From Macrostomum lignano (lineage: Eukaryota), in contig NIVC01003275.1 of assembly GCA_002269645.1 (NCBI GenBank), forward strand, positions 1 through 42,079: 42,079 bases of DNA, written 5' to 3'. The translations under genes and the position numbers were made by a program. The notes under the pieces are model-generated. The model was not told where the DNA came from, did no database searches, and saw only the letters and a list, made by a program, of their open reading frames with translations. Of the stretch, positions 12,159 through 21,894 are shown one piece after another. How positions within the stretch are numbered: position 1 is the stretch's first letter; each line of letters opens with the position of its first letter.

Positions 12159-12688
12159 ATGATCGTAAAACTATATTTCAATGAACAGGGAGGCGGGCGA
12201 GGCGAAGGCGGGCGAGGCGGTGGCGGGCGAGGCGGAGGCGGGCGAGGCAGAGGCGGAGGCGGGCGAGGCGGAGGCGGAGGCGGACGAGGCGGAGGCGGAG
12301 GCGGAAGCGGAGGCGGAAGCGGAGGCGGAGGCGGGCAAGGCGGAGGAGGAGATGGCGGCGGAGGAGGAGATGGCGGAGGAGGAGGAGATGGTGGAGGAAG
12401 AGGAGGCGGGAAGGGTTCAGTGCAAAGTAAGTCTGAATTAGTATAAATGTGTATATACATACACGTATGTATATAAATAGCAAAAACGCTTACAATCATT
12501 TCTATATTGTAGAGAGATGCTTCGTCTGTAAGAAAATAGGGCACATTGCCCGTAACTGCTGGAAAAAAAAAAACAGCAGACAAAGCAACAAGAGCAGCCG
12601 CAACAGCAGACAACGCAACAAGAGCAGCAGGAGAAGCAGGGATGACAGTGCATTTGGACTGAGGGTAGTTTTGTGTACTAATGGCTAA
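12159..12688 (+). CDS. Spliced Gly/RGG-rich + CCHC zinc-knuckle protein (exons 12159-12426 and 12513-12688; may have upstream exons)
   Basis: Polypyrimidine acceptor CTTTCTTCTTTCAG before 12159; phase-1 donor A|GTAAGT at 12427; acceptor TGTAG at 12512 restores the frame into CFVCKKIGHIARNC (C-x2-C-x4-H-x4-C). Confidence 0.7.
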
Positions 12689-12689
12689 A

Positions 12690-13055
12690 TGAAAGGGAAT
12701 AGAGAAAAGAGAAAAGGAAAGAGTAGATAAAATATTAGATGAAAGAGAACATGAAAAGAGAGAATTAAAAGGGATAGATTAGAGAAAAGAAAAAAGAGAA
12801 TAAAGGCGAGAGAAGAGATGAGGGAATTGAGAGGAGAGAGGAGAGGGGGTAAGAGAGGTGAAAGAGGAGACAGGAGGGAGTAGAGCCGAAAAGACGAGAG
12901 AGAATAGATAAATGAGTAGAGATGAGAAGAGGGAGAGGAGAGAGAAGCGAGAGGATAAGGGAGAGAGGAGAGGGTAGAAAGTAGAGAGATGACAGAGCAG
13001 AGAGGAGATAAAGGAGAGGAGAGAGAAGATGAGAGAGGGGAGAGAGAGGAGGGGA
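12690..13055. repeat. Purine-rich (GA-rich) low-complexity tract
   Basis: Direct reading. Confidence 0.9.
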
Positions 13056-13540
13056 AAACCCGTGTTTGAATCGCGTAAATTTTTAGTTTGTTTTTGTTAA
13101 GCATTTTTAAAATTGTTCAAACAGTTACTGTATTTTAACTTTGTGTTTATAAATGTAAATGTATGAAAATAAAATCTTACTGATCGAATGTGTTGTTAGC
13201 GTTAAATATATAATTACAAAGGTTTAATTGTCTTCCATGCAGCAAAGTATCTTGCGCTTATTTGGCAACTCTGATTGTAGCGGTGAACATTAACGCTTCG
13301 CATTTTGATGCACAGCACGGACGGAGTCCAGACAGAATGACAAATGTGTTAACTGTTGGTTGGTGTCTGCCCAAACTGAGCTTAGCTGCGCAAATATCAT
13401 TAGCCAAATATGCTGTGCTCTTTCTAACTGCTAGGGTGGCCCTGCGCCTGAGTGGCACACTCAATTATTGCTTCTTAATTAAGTTCTTAATTTGGGTTTA
13501 ATAAACAGGTCAAAGCCGTAAAAGTTACAAACATTAAAAC

Positions 13541-13596
13541 CATCGTCCCACCTTTGAAGACGACAGCGTCTTCATTTTACTAGTTGTGGGACGATG
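13541..13596 (+). other. Putative head-to-tail element junction: 3' subTIR, stem-loop, T-run, then 5' subTIR of the next element
   Basis: CATCGTCCCAC (13541-51) / GTGGGACGATG (13586-96) is a perfect 11-bp IR enclosing an 8-bp stem-loop and TTTT; repeated at 29394-29448. Confidence 0.7.
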
Positions 13597-13820
13597 AGCC
13601 AGTAAGTAGTATAGAAAAAAAGGCGAGCGAAGCGAGAATTTTTTTCTATGGTGCTTACTTTTGCGAAATCGTCCCTGATAAGATGTAACGTGGTTGCACA
13701 CACTAAAAATGACGTTTTTCAACTTTGAAACGCTGCGCATAAAAAACGGTACGACCGATTTACAAACTATTTTTGCCAAAATGTGTCAAAGACCTAGCGC
13801 TATCGGATGCACAATAGTTG

Positions 13821-13861
13821 GTTGCTATGGCAACGCATTTTGGTTGCCATGGCAACCAAAA
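13821..13861. promoter_or_regulatory. Two adjacent RFX X-box-like palindromes (also ~29673-29713)
   Basis: GTTGCTATGGCAAC (13821-34) and 24-bp perfect palindrome TTTTGGTTGCCATGGCAACCAAAA (13838-61); GTTGCCATGGCAAC matches the established RFX consensus. Confidence 0.45.
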
Positions 13862-15292
13862 ACTGCGTTTTTTCGACTTTGTCAAAAACTTTGATCTCAA
13901 AAAATAAGGATTGAGAATATGGCAGCGCTTAGCGAGTGGGCTCAGTAAACGCGGGCATTTAAACGCTACAATGATCAGAAATGGATTTTTTGATTGTACT
14001 TTAACTTTTAGGGTAAAAGTACAAAAAACGTGTTTTTTGAGGTCGAAAAATTGGCATTTTTTTCAACTTTGCCTTACCGCAGCGAAAAGGACGCGCTTTC
14101 GCGCGGCCTTTGAGCTGCCTCCTAGCCTTAAAAACACTTAAGGCTGTTTGATGCGCTAAATTTTTTTCGGCTAAAATGTACTTTTCACATGGCTGCCTAT
14201 CTGCTGTTTAAAAGTACAAATTTTTAGTGCACTTTTTAGAGGCCTATGGCGTCGAGATGGAAAACTTTATTTTTTAATATTTCTACACCAAATTACTCAA
14301 CTGGATGTCTTTTAATCAGAAACATCGACATTTGGCCGATTGGGCCATCAATAACCTGCCCAGGTGCCAAAGAGTGCCTAAAAACGTCGTTTTCGAAAAA
14401 TTGGGTCACGTTTTAAAAAAGCAGTCCTCAAACTTGAAAAAGTGTTTTATGCTACGGTGTTGAGACTTTAACACGACGTGTCAAACATATGGAAATTTGT
14501 TTTCCTGAATTTTCTAAGCATTTGGACCTACCTGTGCTGAGCAGTGACCCGGAAACCAGGGAAAAAAGGGGCCGGGGGGACTGCAAAAAAACAGACGTTG
14601 TTAAGGAAATTTTTTTAAAATGGGGCGAACTTTTTCGAGTGTAGGGTCAAATTGTAACCCATCGGATGCCCTTTTGAATGACATAAGACACTCCTGAAAA
14701 AATCCCTGTTAACAGGTACTTTTTACCTGTTATGTGAAAAACGGCCCATTTGGGGTACAAACTTTGAAGTCGAAAAATAAGAATTTTTGCGCACCGATTT
14801 TTCTGCATTTTCAATATTGTTTAGTCGAATAGCTGAAGTTACACCGGTCATACGCCAATATGGCTGGAAAATTCGTATTTTCGAGAAAATTGCCTCCGAA
14901 TTTTGAGAAGGCCATTTTTGGGCAAATTTTAAGCATAATTTTGGTAATAACTCTGCATTGGCAAGGCCTAGAGACTCAAGTTTGGTGTCTAAAAACAGCA
15001 CTATGGATGCACTATGCAACTAAATTAGTTTTGAAAACTGATTCGCTGGTTAAAAGGTGGTAATACGTGTTTGAATACCTGTCAGAACAGGTGAAAATTC
15101 ATATTGTGGCGCCTAGCAGACGTAAAAATTTGTTGACATAGTTTGAAAATGCATTGGATGAGTGCGCCTTGATGTTATCTCTGCAACGACATGCGACTCG
15201 TATTTTTAGGTAAAGGCGTTGCGATGCAGTGAGCAGAAATGTATGAAGAAGCAGCAAAAATCGTAAAAGTGGCTACCATAGGGAATATTCGA

Positions 15293-15408
15293 TATAAACG
15301 GCGTGCACTGTAGAGCTTTGCTTAAGCGAGAGATGGATCGGGGGCGAAGGCAGTTGCTCTGTAAAATACATGTACCCGGGTTCGAATCCCAAGTGGACCA
15401 GGTTTTTT
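15293..15408 (+). pseudogene. tRNA-like Pol III cassette X (degenerate A box, B box GGTTCGAATCC, GTA-like loop, upstream TATAAA, T6); not a foldable tRNA
   Basis: TATAAA 15293, TGGATCGGGGG, CTGTAAA, GGGTTCGAATCCC, TTTTTT; acceptor stem does not pair. Confidence 0.6.
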
Positions 15409-15664
15409 CTATATTTAATTTTTTTAGCAGGAACGGATTTATTAGTATTTTCAATATAATTTAATATTGATTGTTTAATTTTCCTTTCCTTGTATACCTT
15501 ATTAAAGAGTAAGAGTGAAGCTGAAAGTGCGGCACAGATGATTTGTTAGTGCAGAAAGGATATTACGATACATATCGGCAAGTATGATGTGTTGCGCGGT
15601 CGCCAAAGGCTTACAAGCAGTTTTAGCATGCTAAAAAGATGTGTTAGAGGTGGGAAAAGTTGCG

Positions 15665-16375
15665 GAGGGGTGGGGTGGGGAGCGGGGGTGTGGGGGCGGC
15701 AGCCCCCACGTTACGCAAACCCCACAACAACAACCACCCACCCCAACAACAATGCGCGGGAGGGGTGGGGGAGCGGGGGTGTGGGGGCGGCAGCCCCCAC
15801 GTTACGCAAACCCCACAACAACAACCACCCTCCCCAACAACAACGCGCGGGAGGGGTGGGGGAGCGGGGGTGTGGGGGCGGCAGCCCCCACGTTACGCAA
15901 ACCCCCAACAACAACCACCCTCCCCAACAACAACGCGCGGGAGGGGTGGGGGAGCGGGGGTGTGGGGGCGGCAGCCCCCACGTTACGCAAACCCCACAAC
16001 AACAACCACCCTCCCCAACAACAACGCGCGGGAGGGGTGGGAGAGCGGGGGTGTGGGGGCGGTAGCCCCCACGATACGCAAACCTCACAACAACAACCAC
16101 CCTCCCCAACAACAACGCGCGGGAGGGGTGAGGGAGCGGGGGTGTGGGGGCGGCAGCCCCCACGTTACGCAAACCCCACAACAACAACCACCCTCCCCAA
16201 CAACAACGCGCGGGAGGGGTGGGAGAGCGGGGGTGTGGGGGCGGCAGCCCCCACGTTACGCAAACCCCCAACAACAACCACCCCTAACAACAACAACAAC
16301 AACAACCCCAACAACAACATAAACCCCAATAAACAACAACCCCTTTTACAACCAACAAACAACAACAACCGCCTT
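15665..16375. repeat. ~91-bp G-rich/C-rich tandem array (~7 units) ending in an (AAC)n tail
   Basis: GCGCGGG anchors at 15754, 15845, 15935, 16026, 16117, 16208; each unit has hairpin GTGGGGGC-GGCA-GCCCCCAC. Confidence 0.97.
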
Positions 16376-17040
16376 AACAACCCTTTCTACACAACAGCAG
16401 AGTGGATATTCTTTTAATCTAATAAAATATTTTTTATTATTATATTTCTACAGTTATGTATAAACTTTGTTTAAATCAAATTGAAAATGTAGCCCATTAA
16501 GCTTCTTAGTTCTTCATACGTTATAGCCGTAAAATATAAAAACACGATATAGCGTTTTAATTAGTTCTTAATTAGGGTTAAATAAATAGGTCATAGCCAT
16601 AAACAATAATGGACATAATAAACCATCATAAGTATTTTTATTAATTATTTTAAACAGTTATGCTTAAACTTTGTTTAAACTAAATTATAATCAACTAAGC
16701 TTCTTAGTTTTTTAATTTAAAATAGGCCATAAAAGTTACGAACAATATATAAACCATATATATATATATATTTGAATACTGATTCCTAGGTTCGCAGGTC
16801 TTAATACCTGTTTGAATACCTGTCAGAACAGGTGAAAATGCATATTTTGGCGCCTAGCGGCCTAGGAGGCGTAAAATTTGTTGACGTAGTTTGAAAATGC
16901 ATTAGATGAATGCGCCTTGATGTTTTGATTTTAACGACATGCGACTCGCATTTTTAGGTTAAGGCGTTGCGATGCAGCGAGCAGAAATGTATGAAAAAGC
17001 AGCAAAATTGGTAGAAATGGCTGCTATTAGCGATATTTGA

Positions 17041-17160
17041 TATAAAACGCGTGTACTGTAGGCGAATCTAGTAAGCTACTGGTGGCGCAGTGGCAAAGTT
17101 AGTTGCCTCATAATTGAGCGCTCTAGGGTTCGATCCCCAAGTGGACTGATAACATTTTTT
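17041..17160 (+). pseudogene. tRNA-like Pol III cassette Y (canonical A box, B box, CAT-like loop, upstream TATAAAA, T6)
   Basis: TATAAAA 17041; TGGCGCAGTGG 17083-93; CTCATAA 17107-13; GGTTCGATCCC 17127-37; TTTTTT 17155-60; acceptor and anticodon stems do not pair. Confidence 0.7.
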
Positions 17161-17418
17161 GTTTTAAAGTTTTTTTAGAGCAAACAGATTTTTAGTATTT
17201 TTTATTTCTCTTACTCTTATGTTTTTTATACAATTAAATTAAATTTAATTTGAATTTATTTTTTATTTTTATACGTATTTAAAGAGTAACAGTCAATCTC
17301 TTAGTGCGGCACGTATGATTGTTAGTGCAAAAAGTAGATTACGATACATGTCGGTAAGGAAGTATTTGGTGTCTGGTCATCTGAAGGCTAGAAAATAGTT
17401 GTAACATATTAAAGAGAC

Positions 17419-17645
17419 GTGGGAAAAGTTGTGGAGGGGTTGCCGGGAGCGGTGGGCGTGTGGGAGCGGGGGGGTGAGGGAGCGGGGTTGGGGGAGCAGG
17501 GGTTGGGGAGCGGGGTTGGGGGTGCAGGGCAGAGGTGGCGGAGCGTGGGGTGGGAGTGCGGCCAGCCCCCCCACTTTACCACTAGTAGACTAACTAATGC
17601 CAGGGGCGTGGGGGGGCGGCCAGCCTCCCACTATACCACTAGACT
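17419..17645. repeat. G-run tract followed by two GC hairpin + CTAG motifs
   Basis: GGGGAGCGGGGTT reiterations; ...GCCCCCCCACTTTACCACTAGT (CTAG 17582-85) and ...CCCACTATACCACTAG (17639-42). Confidence 0.85.
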
Positions 17646-20167
17646 AACTAACGTCACTATAACTCACAATTATATAGTGATCCTTGGTGGAATAGCCTGA
17701 CGCGAGTCGGAATTGTGTATCATTTATTTGGAAATTTGACGGAACGTATTTAGTATGTAAAAATATTCGTTAGTAAGATATATTTTGGCAGTTAATATAA
17801 ACTTAGAATAGATTTTTGCTTTTACAATGTTTTAAAAAATTTAAAGAGAAAGAAGTTTTTGCGTCCACCTTGTTTAAATGGGGATAGAAGCAATGGCTGC
17901 CGAAAAATTCAAAAATTAAGCGCCGCGCAATCTAACTTGACCGATGAATGAAAAAGAATCTTTCTTCTTCAAACGTTTAAATTTAGAAAATTGATTTAAG
18001 TATTCATTTAAGTATTCAAATTCCATTTCAGTTTCCCTTTCCCTAGTAGTTTGTTTTTTGTTTTTTTCAGCAGTAGTTTGCTTTTTGCTTTTTGTTTTTT
18101 CCCCAGTAGTTTGCTTTTAGGTTTTTGCTTTTTGCTTTTAGTTTATTAATTTCTATTGTTAGAAGTTTCGTATCAACTAAAGTCCAATTGTAAGTTTTGT
18201 ATCATTTGCAATAATATTACTGTTTTGTACTTTTTTACTATGTATATGGCCATATGGATATGGTGCTTTAACATATAAGCAGTAAATAATATGGTTATCT
18301 GTTCGACAGCAAAAGATTGCACTAAATTTTGTTTATTATAAAAATACTAAGAATCTTTTTGTTGCCTATTGCCTATAGTGTGTATACTTATTTGTAATTT
18401 GACTAATTTGTATTTGTCGATTCTCTAAGAATTATATATCATGTAATATATCAAGTATATATCATTATATATTAAATATTATATATTATGTATAGTGGTG
18501 TAGCCTTTTAAAAGCTAGAATAAATATAGCTGGACACAAATTAAATTGAGATGGAGACCTTATTGATATGAAAAATTAGCCTTACAAAAAGCAGGAAGCC
18601 AATGTTTTTTATATTCTTATTTTTGTTGCTATTTTATATTTATTTTTATTACAGATATAGTCTCTTTATTTATACTATAGCCCCACTCCCAAATCTTACA
18701 TATATGGCAGAAAATTCTGGTATACATTAGACCTGAAAATATGCTTAACATATATTATATAATATCTAGTGTAACACAATAGCTATACCAATTGTGCACC
18801 ATTGCGCCAGTGTATTAGGTGTCTAGCATAGTCTGTAGATGTCTGGCATGGCAATAGTTGGCTATTGATGTATGAAAGAGAAAGAAAGAAAGAAATGTAG
18901 GAAAAAGAAAGAAAGAAATGTTAAAACAAGATAAAAAACAAGGAATACTATACAATAGTTATTATTTATTTATTTAGAGATTTTTGTGTCTATAAAAGTA
19001 AAAAATAATTTCATTTAAAAAAGGGACTTAAAATTTGAGTTAAAATTTAGAATAGTGTTGCAATATCATTCTGGTATACATATCATGTGCAAGATTTATT
19101 CTGGTATAAACCTAAATTTATGGTATAAGGGGTCATTTTTGCCAGTATACCATAATGCAGAAAGCTCCGAATTGTGTGTAGGGCAGCTATATATCTTATA
19201 TATATAGTAAGTCATATAATATTTGAATTAATATTCCAATTAACAAAAAGTAGCAATAAATCAAGATTAATTTTGGTATACATCCCTATAAGAAAAAGTT
19301 GTAAAGCTGCAGACAATGTCCGGCACACTTTTGGAAATTTTTCTAAAGCTCAGTGTGCGCACAAGTGCGCAGCGCTTGTGCATGCATTGCCTTTTCTTGC
19401 TGGCTGCTGCTTTAGCAAATAAATATATATGCAAGAGGGTCTAATACCTTTGAGGAAGGGGCCTATAGACTCATAATTTCTCGTATAATGCTTAAAGATA
19501 TTCCAAAGTTTGATTTTGATTTTCCAAAATTTTGGAAGCATATAAAAGAGTGGCAAAAAATAAACAAATTAGTGCTATAAATACATGTCTTTTGTTTTGT
19601 ATAAGCAGTAAATCAAGAATAAAAAAATGAGTTTTGGTTTGAGTAAACTTTGTTTTTTTTGCATTTTGACTTTAGAAAATTTTACAATTTTTTAAAGTTA
19701 GCAAATTTCAATTTCAATAGAAAATGCAATTAAAACATTGCAAAACATTGCAATTAAAACATTAGGTAGATGGCACCATGTATAAAAATAAAGCATTAGG
19801 TGGATAGCCAATGTGCACACAATTAAAACAATGGGTGGATGCTGCCTAGCTATGCACATTCAATGTTAAACCTGAAACCTAAAAATTCTATATTCCAAGT
19901 TTATGTCATGATTGTCAGTGAGGGCAAAAATATAATAGAATTTTCTAGCATAAGGGCCACTTTCTAGACAATAATATATATTCATTTAGAAAGCTAGAAT
20001 AAATACAGAATAGACAACTATTCAGTGAGGGCAAAAATATGGTAGAATTGTCTAACATAAGCGCCATAATAAATAAGCGTATAACATATGTACTTGATAA
20101 ACAAAGGATTGTTGCAATTAATATGCAAAGAGTTTATAGCCTCCATGCAGCTCGGAGCTAATCAAAC

Positions 20168-20281
20168 ATGAGTAAACTGCTACTATTGCTGATGTTTGCA
20201 TTCCCTTCTTGGTTGGTGAGGTCAGAATTGATGGAGAAGTGTTTCCCGAGTCTCCTCAGCCTGCTGGTTGCAACTGCTTAG
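20168..20281 (+). other. Short ORF with a signal-peptide-like start (MSKLLLLLMFAFPSWL...), possible captured exon; E1 only
   Basis: CAAACATG context, hydrophobic stretch, possible donor TTG|GTGAGG. Confidence 0.2.
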
Positions 20282-20488
20282 TCTATCCAGGCAGTCAGTC
20301 AGTTGGCCAAATTTGGCTAAATCCACATAGTTGTCAAATAGTTTTGTTGTGCGCAGATCTCTGTTAGCGCACAACAATGTGTGCCTGCCTACCTAACCCA
20401 TTGGGTCAACAATAGCAAATTTGCCAGCAACATCATTGACTTTTGCACCTTATAGTTAACAAAAAAGAACTTTAAAAAGTCCAATCAG

Positions 20489-20576
20489 GGAATCAGTGCC
20501 CTAAGTCACTGAGCCGGTCTCTGACCTCAGTGCCAAATCAAGGAATCAGTGACCCAAGTCACTGAGCCGGTCTCTG
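20489..20576. repeat. Two ~35-bp direct repeats (period 53) containing an 8-bp hairpin
   Basis: GGAATCAGTG(C/A)CC(T/C)AAGTCACTGAGCCGGTCTCTGA at 20489 and 20542; TCAGTGAC-CCAA-GTCACTGA is perfect in copy 2. Confidence 0.85.
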
Positions 20577-20842
20577 AGCTCGGTTTCAATGATAACCTTA
20601 GAGAACAACTCACAGAAGCAGTGACAATTTAGGTCATTCATTCAAACTACTGGGCTAAAAAACTCGGCTATATTTTGCAGTCATATGGAATTTTGCATTT
20701 GATCTGAAAATTTTTAACTGAGTTTGAATACTTGTAAATAAAGCATTTACAGAAATGCAATTAGCTTGTATTTAGTTTTTTAAAAACAAAGAAGCAAACA
20801 GATTGTTTGGGTTCTTCTCGATAGCCACAGTCACGTGCATTC

Positions 20843-20929
20843 TCATCGAGCCTTGGTGAAGTAGCACCTCGGCAGCCTCTCTATGATCTCGACAGCCGAG
20901 TTGTACAAGTTCATGTCGAAGCTGGAGCT
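20843..20929 (-). pseudogene. Candidate captured host terminal exon (SSSFDMNLYNSAVEIIERLPRCYFTKAR*); E1 only
   Basis: Acceptor CCATTCTCTGACTCGCAG on the minus strand; 24/28 codons end in G/C within AT-rich surroundings. Confidence 0.4.
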
Positions 20930-21894
20930 CTGCGAGTCAGAGAATGGCTATATTTAGTACATTACTAAAACTTTTAGAGCTACAATTTAGCTGATATTTG
21001 GTCTTCTCTTTGCTTTAGCTTTATTTAAAATTTTAGCTTTCCCTTACTAATATAGTGTAGTTTTCAGAAAATTTTATATTCTTTAAAACAAAAAGCTGCA
21101 CAAGTTTGCAAGCATAGAGCCTATGAATATTTTATTATTTTATATACAAAATGCTCTTTATACAAAAAATTGTCTTTGAGTATTATAACCTAATATTAGC
21201 TTAATTTTTATACCAAAGAGCTTGCTTGCACAATAGCCATGCACATATACCTATTATTGAATTGCATGCATGGCACAGCAGCTAGCAATTGATTTAATCA
21301 ATTTTAATCAATTGAGAATTGGGGTCCTTAAATCAATGCATTGGTATTGGCAAACCTAATTAAAAATTATTGTTATTAGATTGTTTTATAATGTTATATC
21401 GCACATAAAGAATAAAACTAAAATTATAACTATTATTATAAATATAAACCTACAATGGGTGTAATCTGGGCTAATTCCATCAAGTAAATGAGTTCTTGTG
21501 TATATATATATATATATGTATAGTTTTAAATATTTAAGAAATATGTTTTGTAAATAGACAAACAATTAAACTCTTTGTGTCTAACTTTGTGCACTACTTG
21601 AGCATCAGGAAGCTAATAGTATAATGACCATCCTTTCCTTATATGCCAAGTTGTTTTGTTTAATGTAACAATTTTGTTTCCATAAGACACAAATGCAAAG
21701 ACTGCATTTCTACCAATTCCATATATCACCAGAACCCTTATGTTTGAGATCTTGATAGAAGCTAACATAAGTCTGGTGCAAATCTCATTTATACTTAAGT
21801 TTCAGAACAGAAAAGCAAACGAGTAGTACAGATTAAAATCTCATTTAATCTTGATGTATTAACACTTTAACACTTTCAACAATTATTAAGGAGT

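Larger units (their letters stand above)
1..13578 (+). mobile_element. E0: 3' part of a giant Helentron/Helitron2-type element (RepHel plus 3' cargo); 5' end lies upstream of the window
   Basis: Contains OTU-Rep-PIF1 ORF; ends at subTIR CATCGTCCCAC (13541-13551), stem-loop TGAAGACG-ACAG-CGTCTTCA (13555-13574) and TTTT. The terminus assignment is inferred by analogy to DINE-1/Helentron ends. Confidence 0.75.

Noticed and set aside
12155-13104. Minus-strand Pro-rich and Ser/Leu-rich ORFs, and the + strand Glu/Ala frame
   Set aside because: Low-complexity shadows; only the Gly frame splices in phase to the CCHC exon.
13555-13584. Canonical Helitron1 3' end (hairpin + CTAG|T)
   Set aside because: Possible, but the flanking 11-bp IR, T-run and Helentron-type Rep motifs fit a subTIR junction better; kept only as an alternative.
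15589-16417. Long ORFs in the 91-bp array (and 31412-32141)
   Set aside because: Stop-poor GC/AAC repeat open in several frames on both strands.
17074-17150. Functional tRNA-Met (and tRNA-Tyr at ~15325-15400)
   Set aside because: Acceptor and anticodon stems do not pair, and the anticodon differs between copies (CAT vs TAT).
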